From the NCBI GenBank assembly GCA_041690135.1, contig JAWLHY010000014.1:78150-142149 (forward strand): a DNA stretch of 64,000 nt, read 5' to 3'. The position numbers and the translations under genes are program-made. Of the stretch, positions 49,024 through 59,058 are shown piece after piece (the stretch's first letter is position 1; every line of letters begins with the position of its first letter). The DNA comes from Armatimonadota bacterium. Its GTDB lineage: Bacteria; Armatimonadota; SYMT01. The notes beneath the pieces were generated by a model. It was given only the letters and a program-made list of their open reading frames with translations, was not told the origin of the DNA and ran no database searches.

Positions 49024-49443
49024 TTACAGAGCCCGCATCCGGTTATTCCGCGGGTTGTTCTCCACTTCCGCCAGGCCCAGCACTTGCAGCACCGGGGGCA
49101 CATACATGGCGAAACGCCCGCGCAGGCCCTTCTTCAAGCCGTACCAGCCGCCGACCGGGTTCTCCGCGGAGCGGGCCCAGGCCTCGACCGTACCCTCCGC
49201 CGCGGGCTTCTGCTCGTCGGCGCTGCCCAGGAGCATCCAGTCGCCGTGCGCCCGCAATATCTCGTGCAGGTCGGTGAGGCAGCGCAGGTGGTAGCGAAGT
49301 TCCGTTTTGCCGACCCGCACCACCAGGGCCGGCGGGTCCAGGCTCTCATCCCGAAACGCCAGGTACTCCGACCCGCCGCTGGGCGTTTTCAGCTTCCAGG
49401 GGTCCTCACGCGTTCCGCTTCCTTCCACCGGTTCGGCTGACAT
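49024..49443 (-). CDS. Conserved hypothetical protein (DUF6855-like)
   Basis: GTREDPWKLKTP, LGSADEQKPA.EGTVEAW and NPVGGWYGLKKGLRGRF. Confidence 0.8.
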   Translation of the reverse strand: MSAEPVEGSGTREDPWKLKTPSGGSEYLAFRDESLDPPALVVRVGKTELRYHLRCLTDLHEILRAHGDWMLLGSADEQKPAAEGTVEAWARSAENPVGGWYGLKKGLRGRFAMYVPPVLQVLGLAEVENNPRNNRMRAL

Positions 49444-49591
49444 ACGGCCTCCCACTCGCATGGTTGTTTCCATCCCCGGCGTTCACCAGGCCGCCTGTGT
49501 ACTCCTCCCTCCGATTCGCGGCCTACGGTCCCCCTGGCCAGCCTTGCCGCATGGTCACCATCATGTCGATCCGCCACGCAACTGTGCGTAG

Positions 49592-49920
49592 GTAGGGTCG
49601 GCTCGCAGTCGCCGACCAGGACCCTGACTTCGCACCCGTATTGCACCCCGCGCCGCCAGCCCGATTACATGCCGGATTCGGCTCGCGGGTTTCGCACCGG
49701 TCCGGCATCATGTGCCCTCGTCGTGGATCTATGCTGGCCCAGGCACTGGGAATTTGCACTCGTTGGGCACCGCCACACCCGCTGGGAACGCATCATGGTT
49801 GGCGGACGGGCTCAACGCCACGATCTGGGGAAGGGACAGCGACCATTCCCCTACCTCCTGCATCTCCGACTTCACGGTTGGTAGATAGGTACGGACGCGG
49901 GTGCGGACTTGTCGCGTGAT
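49592..49920. repeat. GTAG-type REPIN/MITE-like element, copy 2
   Basis: GTAGGGTCGGCTCGCAGTCGCCGACCAGGA ... GGGAAGGGACAGCGACCATTCCCCTAC (263 nt), matching 28963-29226. Confidence 0.8.
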
Positions 49921-50061
49921 CGCGGCCGACCAGGACTTTGCTTACGCACCCGGGATGCATGCCGCTGGCGGGACCCGATCACGATCACGAACGGCATGCG
50001 ACATGGGGTGGGGCGGGCGTCTCGCCCGCCCAAAGGCACCGTCGCTTCCGGCGTGGGACCG

Positions 50062-51411
50062 CTACGCCGCGCTGGCGAGCAGGCGCCAGTTGCGGCGCTT
50101 GAGCATGTCGAGCAGCACGGCGCCCAGGATCACGAGGCCCAGGACCACCTTCTGCGTGTAGCTCTCCACGCCGGTGAGGTTCATGCCGTTCTGGATGACG
50201 GCGATGATGAAGGCGCCGACCAGGGTTCCGAAGATCCGGCCCTCGCCGCCCTGCAGGCTGGTGCCGCCGACCACGGCCGCCGCGATGACGTACAGCTCGT
50301 ACATCAGTCCGTAGGTGGGCGCGCCGCTCTTGAGCTGCGACGCCATCACCACCCCGCCGAGACCGGCCAGCGCCCCGCTGGTGGTGTAGACGAACAACAG
50401 CACCTTCCGGATCGGCACGCCGGAGAGCCGCGCCGCTTCCGCCCGGCCCCCCACGGCATAGATGTGGCGGCCCAGGCGCGTTCGTGTCATCAGGATGTGG
50501 GCGGCGACGTAGAGCAGGGCGGTCAGCAGGACGGCGTTCGGGATGCTCAACAGGTCCGCGCCGCGCCCGAGCCAGACGAACGAGTCGGGTACCTGGTAGA
50601 TCGACTGCCCGCGCGCCAGCAGGAACGCGAACCCGCTCCCGACCATCATCATCCCCAGGGTCACGATGAACGGGGGAATGGCGAACCAGGTGACCATGGC
50701 TCCGGAAAAGAGCCCCATCACCGCGCAGGCCAGGATTCCCGCCAGTGCGCCGAGGAGCATGCCGGCGGGCCCGGCGGCCTCCGCTCCCGCGACGTTCCGG
50801 ATGATGAGCGTGGTGACGACCGCGGAGAGGGCGATGAGGCTCCCCACGGAGAGATCGATCCCCCCGGTGATGATGACCATCGTCATCCCGATCGCCAGGA
50901 TCGCGATGACCGCGATCTGGTTGGCGATGTTCACCAGGTTGGACGTTTTCAGGAAGTTGGGCCAGTAGTAGTTGCGGGGCGCCAGCACAGCGGGATCGCC
51001 CAGCGCGGGGAACTTCCCGCCCAGGTTCTCGAACACGGCCCAGCCGGCGGTCGCCTGGTTTGCCGCAATGGCCGTGAGCCCCTGGCCGCTCGCGGCGACC
51101 CGCTCCAGCGCGCGGCGGGCATCGACCGGGGAGCCCTGGACCGTCTCCACCACGGTGGCGCCGCCCGCGGTGAGCCGCTGCTGGAGGGTTGCGGCGAAGG
51201 CGGCGTCCTCCTGCGTGTCGCGGGCGGCGATGAGGACGCGGGCGTTACTCCCGAACCGCTTCAGGACCATGGCGGCGACCTGCTCCCCCGCCTGTTCGCC
51301 GGCGGGGGCCTGGAGACCGTAGGTCGCGAAGCTGTAGTAGGCGCAGAGCAGCAGCAGGACCAGGAGCATGCCGTGGCCCTGCAGGAAACGAGTCAGGGCC
51401 TTCCGCATCAC
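50062..51411 (-). CDS. Sugar ABC transporter permease (RbsC-like) with an extra soluble insert
   Basis: GGIDLSVGS, IPPFIVTLG, EAARLSG and AAAVVGGTSL.GGEG motifs. Confidence 0.92.
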   Translation of the reverse strand: MMRKALTRFLQGHGMLLVLLLLCAYYSFATYGLQAPAGEQAGEQVAAMVLKRFGSNARVLIAARDTQEDAAFAATLQQRLTAGGATVVETVQGSPVDARRALERVAASGQGLTAIAANQATAGWAVFENLGGKFPALGDPAVLAPRNYYWPNFLKTSNLVNIANQIAVIAILAIGMTMVIITGGIDLSVGSLIALSAVVTTLIIRNVAGAEAAGPAGMLLGALAGILACAVMGLFSGAMVTWFAIPPFIVTLGMMMVGSGFAFLLARGQSIYQVPDSFVWLGRGADLLSIPNAVLLTALLYVAAHILMTRTRLGRHIYAVGGRAEAARLSGVPIRKVLLFVYTTSGALAGLGGVVMASQLKSGAPTYGLMYELYVIAAAVVGGTSLQGGEGRIFGTLVGAFIIAVIQNGMNLTGVESYTQKVVLGLVILGAVLLDMLKRRNWRLLASAA

Positions 51412-52418
51412 TTCAGTTCAGGATCGGCCTCGCCGTCCTTCTGCCGGTACAGCGCCGTGGGGATGAGGGTTTCCGGCGGGAGTTCCTCGCCTTCCAGATG
51501 CTTCAGGATCGCCTGGACCGTCTGCCGGCCGATCTGATCGGGGAACTGGACCGGGTCCGCGTAGATCTTGCCTTCCTTGATCGCCTGCTTCCCTTCCGGC
51601 TGACCGTCGAAGCCGATCAGCTTCACCTGGTCCGCCTTGCCCGCCTTCTCCAGCGCGGCGCGCGCGCCCAGGGCGGAGGGATCGTTGATGGCGAAGATGC
51701 CCGCCAGGTCCGAGTGCGCCTGGAGCATGTCCTCGGCGGCCGTGTAGCCCTTGTCCTTCTTGCCGTCGCCGGGCAGCTCTTTCACGATCTCGATCTTGTT
51801 CGGGTGCGTCTTGTTATGGGCTTCGATGACTTCCTTGAAGCCCTGTACCCGGAGGATGCATGACTCGGCGACCTTGAAGTCGAGGATCCCGATCTTGCCG
51901 CCCGCTTCTCCCAGGGCCTCGATCATGGCCTCGCCGGCCAGCTTTCCGCCCTGGTAGTTATCCGTGGCGATGTGGGAGACGACCTTCACGTCCGGCGCCA
52001 GGCACTTGATGTCGGCGGTGAAGACGGGGATGCCGGCTGCGTTCGCCTCCTTGATCGCCTCGCCGATCGCCTTTGAGTCGCAGGGCGTGAGGACGATCGC
52101 GCTGACCTTGTTCACGATGAAGTCCTTCACCTGGTTCTGCTGCTTGGCGACGTCGAATTCGCCGCTCACCGCCTGCACCTGGTAGCCGTGCCTGGCCGCC
52201 TCCTCCGTCATGGTGTCGGCGATGACCTTGAAGAACGGGTTGGTGAGCGTGAGGACGGAAAGGCCGATCACTCCCTTGTTCGTCCCGGCGGCGGGGCTGG
52301 CCGAGGGAGAACTGGTCCCGGTGGTATCCGGGCCGGCGGACGGGCTCTCCCCACCCCCACACCCGCTGATGGCCAGCAAGGCCGCGGGAACGGTCAGCAG
52401 CAGGCTGCGTCTCTTCAT
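51408..52418 (-). CDS. Sugar ABC transporter substrate-binding lipoprotein (RbsB-like)
   Basis: Lipobox ISGC; NPFF, GIPVFTAD, ATDNYQGG, IFAIND and IGFDG motifs. Confidence 0.93.
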   Translation of the reverse strand: MKRRSLLLTVPAALLAISGCGGGESPSAGPDTTGTSSPSASPAAGTNKGVIGLSVLTLTNPFFKVIADTMTEEAARHGYQVQAVSGEFDVAKQQNQVKDFIVNKVSAIVLTPCDSKAIGEAIKEANAAGIPVFTADIKCLAPDVKVVSHIATDNYQGGKLAGEAMIEALGEAGGKIGILDFKVAESCILRVQGFKEVIEAHNKTHPNKIEIVKELPGDGKKDKGYTAAEDMLQAHSDLAGIFAINDPSALGARAALEKAGKADQVKLIGFDGQPEGKQAIKEGKIYADPVQFPDQIGRQTVQAILKHLEGEELPPETLIPTALYRQKDGEADPELK

Positions 52419-52609
52419 CGTTTCTCTGTTCCTGGTTCGGACCGCAACGGTCGGAAAATGATTGCTAGCGGATGCTTCCGCCTCCACAGGCCAGAGTCCT
52501 CTTTCCAGGGCCGATCACCGCGTACATCAAGCGCGGGTTCTTCCACATGAACCACCATTGATCTTCTGGGTGCCTTGTAGACGAAACTTCGTCCTGGGTG
52601 ATCCGAGCT

Positions 52610-52757
52610 GTAGGGAATGTGACGCCGTTCCATTCCGCAGTCGGTGAAGTTGAAGCCGTTGCGCCATACCGGACCGGTTCAGGGCGTGAGCCGCATCGAG
52701 ATGCCAGGACGGGATCAGGGGCGGTCCGGTGGAACGCTACGGCGAGACGTTCCCTAC
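52610..52757. repeat. GTAG-type inverted REP doublet
   Basis: GTAGGGAATGTGACGCCGT... and inverted ...ACGGCGAGACGTTCCCTAC. Confidence 0.7.
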
Positions 52758-52832
52758 GGCTTCCGCTTCCGTAGATTCACTGAACGCCGGAGACTATCCA
52801 GACTTAGTTTCACTTGAAGCGAGAAGGGATGA

Positions 52833-53147
52833 CTAGCTATTGGGGAGCATCCGTGCGGTCTCTGAATCTGCTGCCTCAAAGCTCTCCATTACCGCCGCGG
52901 TCTCCTGTAGGAACCGCGGGTCGCGGGCGGCCTATTCGTACTCGGCGTCGATCCGCGCCCTCTGCAGGCGATCCAGCTCGCGTTCGATCGCCAGACGGAC
53001 AAATTCGGTTTCGGTAGATGCCGAGCCCCGGGAGACACTCTCCCGGACCTGGCGCATCAGGTCCTGGGGCAGGTCGAACGTTACGATCTTCTCCGTGATT
53101 GCTTCCGGCGTAGGTTCCGACGACGTTTCCGACTCTGTCTCCGACAT
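52833..53147 (-). pseudogene. RHH/antitoxin-like gene interrupted by an in-frame TAG at 52932-52934
   Basis: VTFDLPQDL..EFVRLAIERE (RHH pattern); reads EYE*AARDPRFLQETAAVMESFEAADSETARMLPNS* in frame. Confidence 0.65.
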
Positions 53148-53241
53148 AGTAGCTTCCCTCCGGTAATCTCAGTATGCCGTACCACTGGGGGTGCGGCCGA
53201 AGCAGTGGGTGCGGGAGGTCCTGGCGCCCCGGAGGGTGCCC

Positions 53242-53820
53242 ATGTCCCTACCCGATCTGATCCCCGATTTGCCGCCGGGCTCGCCGGAAGAAGGTCTGGA
53301 GATCCTTTTTGTCGGAATTAACCCCGGACTGACGTCCGCCCGGTTGGGTCACTACTATGCGGGCCCCGGCAACCTGTTCTGGCGGTGCCTCCACGAGAGC
53401 GGGCTGATCCCGGAGCGCCTGGCGCCCACGGAGGACCGGCGCGTGCTGGAGTGGCGGATCGGCATTACGGACTGCGTGAAGCGGGCCTCGCGCAATGCGT
53501 CCGAGGTGCGCGCCGGAGAGTTCCGGGAGGGCGCGCCGGACCTGATCCGAAAGATTGCGTTCTGCCGGCCGCGGATCGTTTGCTTCAACGGGTTAATGGG
53601 TTACCGTTCCGCGCTCGACCCGGAAGGGCAGCTCGGGCTGCAGCCGCGACCGCTGGAGGGCGCGCTGGTGTTCGTGGTTCCCTCCACCAGCGCCGCGAAT
53701 GCCAATTACACGCGGGAAGAGCGGGTAGAGTGGTTTCGCCGGCTGCGGGAGTTACGAGACCGGGTGCGCGAGCACGCCGGCAACGGGTCCTTCCGACCCG
53801 AGGATATACTTAATCGGTAA
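53242..53820 (+). CDS. mug: G/U mismatch-specific DNA glycosylase (UDG family 2)
   Basis: LFVGINPG, GHYYAGPGNLFW and PSTS motifs. Confidence 0.92.
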   Translation: MSLPDLIPDLPPGSPEEGLEILFVGINPGLTSARLGHYYAGPGNLFWRCLHESGLIPERLAPTEDRRVLEWRIGITDCVKRASRNASEVRAGEFREGAPDLIRKIAFCRPRIVCFNGLMGYRSALDPEGQLGLQPRPLEGALVFVVPSTSAANANYTREERVEWFRRLRELRDRVREHAGNGSFRPEDILNR

Positions 53821-54013
53821 TCGCCGGGAAGGCTGCGGGCGCCTTGCACGGATGGGGTGCGAGCGGACTTCCGAATGACGGCAAGAATCGTTAGGACCGG
53901 ATTTGTCAGGCCGAAAGGGAGGGCGCGCAGGGACCCCGGATAGACCCTGCCCGGCCCCGCAGTTCCCGTCCGGGATCGGCTTCCGCGGACGCGGTGGATT
54001 GGAAGAGCTTGGA

Positions 54014-55003
54014 ATGTCGCAGGTGGTGACCCGGATCAACCCGCTGGATCTGGTGCGGCGCGAGTTCGAGGAAGTAGAGCGCGTGCTGGAGGAGGCCGCC
54101 GTCTCCGAGATCGAGGTACTGCAGGCGGGCGCCCTGCATGTGCTCGGCGCGGGCGGCAAGCGCGTGCGCCCGCAGATGGTGCTGCTGGCCGCGCTGGCCG
54201 CCGGTGGGTCGCTGGAACGTGCCATCCCGCTGGCCGCCGCCTGCGAGTTGGTTCACACCGCCACGCTGGTGCACGACGACATCGTGGACGAGAGCGACCG
54301 CCGCCGCGGGCGGATGGCGATCCAGTTCAGCATCGGCAACTCCGCCTCCGTGCTGATGGGGGACTACCTCGTGGTGCGCTCCCTGAAGCTCGTCGCCCGC
54401 GATCCGAACCGCGAGCTCTGGACCCTGCTCATCGACACCATCGCCCGCATGTGCGAGGGCGAAGTCCTCCAGATCTGCGTGAAGCGCGACACCGACCTTA
54501 GCGTCGACACCTACGAGCGGATCATTGAGGCGAAGACCGCCGTGCTGATGATGGTCTGCACGCGGTTCGGCGGGATGATCGCGGACGCCTCTCCCGAGAT
54601 CGTGGAAGCGTTGGGAGACTTCGGCTACAACGTCGGCATGGCGTTCCAGGTGCAGGACGATATCCTCGACTTCATCGGCGACGAGGAGACCCTGGGCAAG
54701 CCGACCGGCGGCGACCTGCGGGAGGGCAAGGTGACCCTGCCGGTGGTCTACGCGCTCCAGGGCGCCACGCCCGAGCACCGTGAAGAGCTCCTGCGCATCT
54801 ATGAGAAGATCGGCCCGCTCTCGCGCGACGACATCCAGCGCGCTACCCAGTTGATCGAGATCTCCGGCGGGTTCGAGCGCGCCCGTCAGCACGCCCTGGA
54901 GTTTATCGACCAGGCGCTGTTGGACCTTCGGCCCCTTCCGGACAGCGCGGCGAAGGAAGCCCTGCTCGCCCTCGCCGACCGCATCGTCAACCGCTGGAAT
55001 TAA
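54014..55003 (+). CDS. Polyprenyl diphosphate synthase
   Basis: GGKRVRP, HDDIVD..RRG, KTA, FQVQDDILD and GDLREGKVTLP motifs. Confidence 0.95.
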   Translation: MSQVVTRINPLDLVRREFEEVERVLEEAAVSEIEVLQAGALHVLGAGGKRVRPQMVLLAALAAGGSLERAIPLAAACELVHTATLVHDDIVDESDRRRGRMAIQFSIGNSASVLMGDYLVVRSLKLVARDPNRELWTLLIDTIARMCEGEVLQICVKRDTDLSVDTYERIIEAKTAVLMMVCTRFGGMIADASPEIVEALGDFGYNVGMAFQVQDDILDFIGDEETLGKPTGGDLREGKVTLPVVYALQGATPEHREELLRIYEKIGPLSRDDIQRATQLIEISGGFERARQHALEFIDQALLDLRPLPDSAAKEALLALADRIVNRWN

Positions 55004-55056
55004 TCCACCGTAACCTTCAACCTTCAACTTTCAACCTTCAACCCGCTCCGAAGAGA

Positions 55057-55527
55057 ATGCCGGACCAACTCTCTCATATCGATGACCAGGGCCGCGCCCA
55101 GATGGTGGACGTCACGGAAAAGCCGGACACGCGTCGCCTGGCCGTGGCCGCCGGGCGGGTGCGGATGCAGCCGGAGACCGTGGAACTGGTGCGGCGCGAC
55201 GAGATCGCCAAGGGCGACGTGCTCACCGTGGCGAAGGTGGCGGGCATCCTGGCGGCCAAACAGACGGCCAACCTGATTCCGATGTGCCACCCCCTGCTGC
55301 TCACGGATGTGCGCTTGGAGCTGGAGTTGGTGGAGGAGGGAGTGGAGATCCGCGCGACCGTTTCCACCTTCGGCAAGACAGGGGCCGAAATGGAAGCGCT
55401 AACTGCTGTTTCCACTGCCGCGCTCACCGTTTATGATATGTGTAAGGCCGTCGATAAGACGATGGTCCTCGAAGCTATCCGGCTGATCCGCAAAGAGGGC
55501 GGCAAGTCGGACTTTACCGCGCCCTGA
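55057..55527 (+). CDS. moaC: Cyclic pyranopterin monophosphate synthase
   Basis: MVDV, KGDVL, LIPMCHP, TGAEMEAL, YDMCKAVD and KEGGKS motifs. Confidence 0.97.
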   Translation: MPDQLSHIDDQGRAQMVDVTEKPDTRRLAVAAGRVRMQPETVELVRRDEIAKGDVLTVAKVAGILAAKQTANLIPMCHPLLLTDVRLELELVEEGVEIRATVSTFGKTGAEMEALTAVSTAALTVYDMCKAVDKTMVLEAIRLIRKEGGKSDFTAP

Positions 55528-55538
55528 ACGAGGAGCCC

Positions 55539-56198
55539 ATGGCCGACGACTCCCGAGTCCCGCTGCCGGCGCTGCAGCGGCTCTCGACGTACATCCGTTG
55601 CCTGATGCAGCTCGAGCACGACGGGATCGACTCGGTCTCGTCCCAGGAAATGGAAACGTACTCCGGCGTCTCGGCGGCGCAGTTCCGGAAGGACCTCTCT
55701 TACTTCGGCGAGTTCGGCAAGCGGGGCATCGGCTATAACGTCCGGGATCTCCGCGAACGGATTGCCCACCTGCTCCAGATCGATGAGGAGCAGAACGTGG
55801 TCCTCGTCGGCGCGGGCCATCTCGGCTCGGCGCTGGTGGCCTACCCCGGCTGGCGCTCCTACCACTTCCGCATCGCCGCCATCTTCGACCGGGACCCCCA
55901 GAAGGTCGGCACCCCCATCCGCCACGTGCCGGTCCTGGATATCGACACCCTGGAAGAGGCCAACAAGACCATCGGCGCCAAGATCGCCATCCTCGCCATC
56001 CCCGCATGGGAAGCGCAGGAGATCGCGGCCCGGCTGGTCGCCGCCGGTATCACCGGCCTGATCAACTTCGCCCCCATCAAGCTCCAGGTCCCCGAGCACG
56101 TCACCGTCCGCGACGTCTGCTTCATCTGCGAGCTCGCCATCCTCTCCCACCTGGTCCACCACCCCAACGGCTTCTCCGCCGAAGAAGAGCCCACCTGA
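55539..56198 (+). CDS. rex: Redox-sensing transcriptional repressor Rex
   Basis: QRLSTY, QFRKDLSYFGEFGKRGIGY, VGAGHLG and NFAP motifs. Confidence 0.96.
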   Translation: MADDSRVPLPALQRLSTYIRCLMQLEHDGIDSVSSQEMETYSGVSAAQFRKDLSYFGEFGKRGIGYNVRDLRERIAHLLQIDEEQNVVLVGAGHLGSALVAYPGWRSYHFRIAAIFDRDPQKVGTPIRHVPVLDIDTLEEANKTIGAKIAILAIPAWEAQEIAARLVAAGITGLINFAPIKLQVPEHVTVRDVCFICELAILSHLVHHPNGFSAEEEPT

Positions 56199-56744
56199 AA
56201 TCTAGACCGGCTTCGGGAAGGGAGCCACAGATTTCACAGATTGGATAGGGGGTTTGGGGAAGTTGTCCACCAACCGTGCAGCCGTTACCAACCTCCAGCC
56301 AGCGAGGTAGTGTCCGGAAGGTAGCAGAGGAGCTTGTCCCCGTCGGTCACGGTATGCGCTCAAGTGCAACTCGAGCACGCTCCGGGACATGGATTGTGCC
56401 CGCTACGGCTGCGAAAGTCGCGAACGTGGTGCTCCATCTTCGGCTTGCCTACGGTGCCGCGATCATGCGCCGCCTGGGGTTAGGGAGGCGCTATCCATGC
56501 GGTCGCCTTCCGAACCCCGCGAGTCGCCCGGCTCTGGGAGCGCGCCGTCCGTTTTCCGCCACGCTCGTGGGCAAAACGGCGCTCCTTTCCCCGGCGGCGT
56601 GAAGCGACCGAGAGCGATCGGGATCCGGGATGCAGGTCCGGCTTTCCAATCTGCTCAGGTAAGCTTGTCATCCGCCCAATCGCCCAAGAGGGCTTCCAGC
56701 CTTCGAAGGTGAACACCTGTGCCGGAAGGAGTTACCGTTTCGTA

Positions 56745-58403
56745 ATGCTGAACCGCCCTGTTACCCTTACTTTCTTTGCCCTGGCGGGGATCGCCCTCGC
56801 TGGGAGTGCCGGAAATGCGCAGGAGCGCCTCACCCCGGCCGGGACTACGTCGCCGAACCTCCGCTACTACTATCCCCTGCCGAAGGCGGAGAAGCCACAG
56901 CAGGTGGAGGCCGATATCTGCGTCTACGGCGGCACGTCCGGTGGTATCGCCGCGGCGATCCAGGCCCGGAGGATGGGGAAGACCGTGGCCCTGGTGGAGT
57001 TCGGAAAGTACCTGGGCGGCCTGACCACGGGCGGCCTCGGCGCGACGGACATCGGCAACAAGGGTGCCATCGGCGGCATCTCCCGCGAGTTCTATCGCCG
57101 GGTGGGGCAGCATTACGGGCAGGAAGAGGGCTGGACCTTCGAGCCCTCCGGCGCGACGAAGGTCTACGACGCCATGCTCACGGAGGCGGAGGTCCCCATC
57201 TACCGGGAGCAGCGCCTCGCCTCCGTGAAGAAGAAGGGCAACCGGATCCAGGAGATCCGGATGGAGAACGGCAACGTCTTCCGCGCGAAGATGTTCATCG
57301 ACGCCACCTACGAGGGCGACCTGCTGGCGAAGGCGGGGGTCTCCTACACCGTCGGCCGCGAGGCGAACACCAAGTACAACGAGACGCTGAACGGCGTCCA
57401 CTTCGGCAATCCGAACCACAACTTCAAGGTGCCGGTCGACCCGTTCGTGGTGGAGGGGGACCCGAAGAGCGGTCTCCTGCCGGGGATCTCCCCGGAGCCG
57501 CCGGGCGAGCAGGGCCAGGGCGACCACCGCGTGCAGGCCTACAACTTCCGCATGTGCCTGACGAAGGCCGAAGACCGCCTCCCGTTCCCCAAGCCGAAGG
57601 GATACGACCCGCAGCGGTACACACTCCTGGCCCGCTATATCAACGCCGGCGTGTGGGACGTGCTGCGCCTCACCAAGATGATGCCGAACGGGAAGACCGA
57701 CACGAACAACTTCGGCGGCTTCTCCACCGACAACATCGGGATGAACTACGGCTGGCCGGACGGCGACTACCAGACCCGCGAGAAGATCTTCCAGGAGCAC
57801 GTCACCTATCAGCAGGGGATGATGTGGTTCCTCTGCAACGACGAGCGCGTGCCGCAGAAGGTCCGGGACGAGGTCCGCACCTGGGGCCTGCCTCGCGACG
57901 AGTTCGTGGAGACCGGCGGCTGGCCGCACCAGCTCTACGTCCGTGAAGCACGCCGGATGATCTCCGACTACGTGATGACGGAGCACAACTGCCGCGGGAA
58001 CACGGTGGTGCCGGATGCCGTGGGGCTGGCGGCCTATACGATGGACTCCCACAACTGCCAGCGGATCGCCCGCCTGGAGAACGGGCGCTGGACCGCCCGC
58101 AACGAGGGGAACGTGGAGACCGGCGGCTTCCCGCCGTACCCGATCTCCTACCGCTCCATCGTTCCCGCGGAGAAGGAGTGCGCCAACCTCCTGGTGCCCG
58201 TCTGCCTCTCCGCCAGCCACATCGCCTACGGCTCCATCCGCATGGAGCCGGTGTTCATGGTCCTCGGCCAATCCGCCGCCACCGCCGCCAGCATGGCGAT
58301 CGACGGCAAAACGGCGGTCCAGGACGTGCACCTCTCCCGGTTGCAGGGTCGGCTGGTCAAGGACGGGCAGATCCTGGTCTGGCCCCCACCGGCTGCCCGG
58401 TAG
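56745..58403 (+). CDS. Secreted FAD-dependent oxidoreductase (FAD_oxidored family)
   Basis: Signal peptide; VYGGTSGG, DATYEGDL, LYVREARR and SASHIAYGSIRME motifs. Confidence 0.9.
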   Translation: MLNRPVTLTFFALAGIALAGSAGNAQERLTPAGTTSPNLRYYYPLPKAEKPQQVEADICVYGGTSGGIAAAIQARRMGKTVALVEFGKYLGGLTTGGLGATDIGNKGAIGGISREFYRRVGQHYGQEEGWTFEPSGATKVYDAMLTEAEVPIYREQRLASVKKKGNRIQEIRMENGNVFRAKMFIDATYEGDLLAKAGVSYTVGREANTKYNETLNGVHFGNPNHNFKVPVDPFVVEGDPKSGLLPGISPEPPGEQGQGDHRVQAYNFRMCLTKAEDRLPFPKPKGYDPQRYTLLARYINAGVWDVLRLTKMMPNGKTDTNNFGGFSTDNIGMNYGWPDGDYQTREKIFQEHVTYQQGMMWFLCNDERVPQKVRDEVRTWGLPRDEFVETGGWPHQLYVREARRMISDYVMTEHNCRGNTVVPDAVGLAAYTMDSHNCQRIARLENGRWTARNEGNVETGGFPPYPISYRSIVPAEKECANLLVPVCLSASHIAYGSIRMEPVFMVLGQSAATAASMAIDGKTAVQDVHLSRLQGRLVKDGQILVWPPPAAR

Positions 58404-58689
58404 GTGCCGAAGGGGAGGGAAGCTCTCGCAAAGGCGCAAAGACGCAAAGGAAAGAAGGGAAAGCCGGGCTCGTGATATGCGGGCTCGGCTTTTGACCTCA
58501 GGGGTTTGGGAGGTAGCACAGGCCCTCGTGGCCGTCGGTTACGGTAGGCTCCCCTCGTTAACGGTTTGGCTTTTGAACACGGCCGGGGCTCATGTTCAAG
58601 AACTGGATCGGGTGAGCATGCGGCGGCCAGAGTTCACGATGCTGTCCCGTCGTGGTAGTCCCAGCTCAAATCTGGGACATCCGCCGGCG

Positions 58690-58970
58690 AGGGTACAGGC
58701 TTCCATCTGGGTTGCCAGAGTAGGGTTCCGGTTCATGCCCGGCACATGTGCCCGTAGGGGAGCCCCCGAGATATCGGGGCTTTTCGGAAAGGCATTGGGT
58801 TCCGGGTGTTCCCCAGGGTTGGTACCGGCGTGCGGTCCAAGAGCGAGTTCGTTGCCGAGATATCTCTCGGACTCCGGGCAGGGTACAGGATGTTATCCCG
58901 GTTACCGCGATAGGGTTCTGGTCCATGTTCGGCGCATGCGTCCGTAGGGAAGTCCCCGAGATATCGGGGT
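58690..58970. repeat. Intergenic array: two ~90-nt direct repeats plus a degenerate middle unit
   Basis: AGGGTACAGG...GTAGGG..CCCCGAGATATCGGGG at 58690 and 58880; CCGAGATATC also at 58855. Confidence 0.75.
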
Positions 58971-59058
58971 CCTGAACCGGTCCATGCCTAAAGGTTGGTC
59001 CGCCCTATCCTATCCACCCTGCCTATCCTGTTCCTTCTCCTTACGTCCCTCGCACCCT

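Noticed and set aside
560-55527. Molybdenum regulon linking the MolR-like WGR protein, sulfite oxidase and moaC
   Set aside because: The genes are 20-30 kb apart with no shared site, and the molybdate role of MolR is weakly founded.
53820-56700. Rex operator near the polyprenyl synthase-moaC-rex genes
   Set aside because: No TTGTGAA-N4-TTCACAA-like palindrome seen; CACAGATTTCACAGA at 56226 is a tandem-repeat family member.
575-58439. Long antisense ORFs (e.g. 575-1837, 5669-7024, 23350-25095, 27289-28908, 37237-38886, 49909-51537, 56655-58439)
   Set aside because: They are shadows of well-supported genes on the opposite strand, expected in high-GC DNA, with no recognisable motifs.
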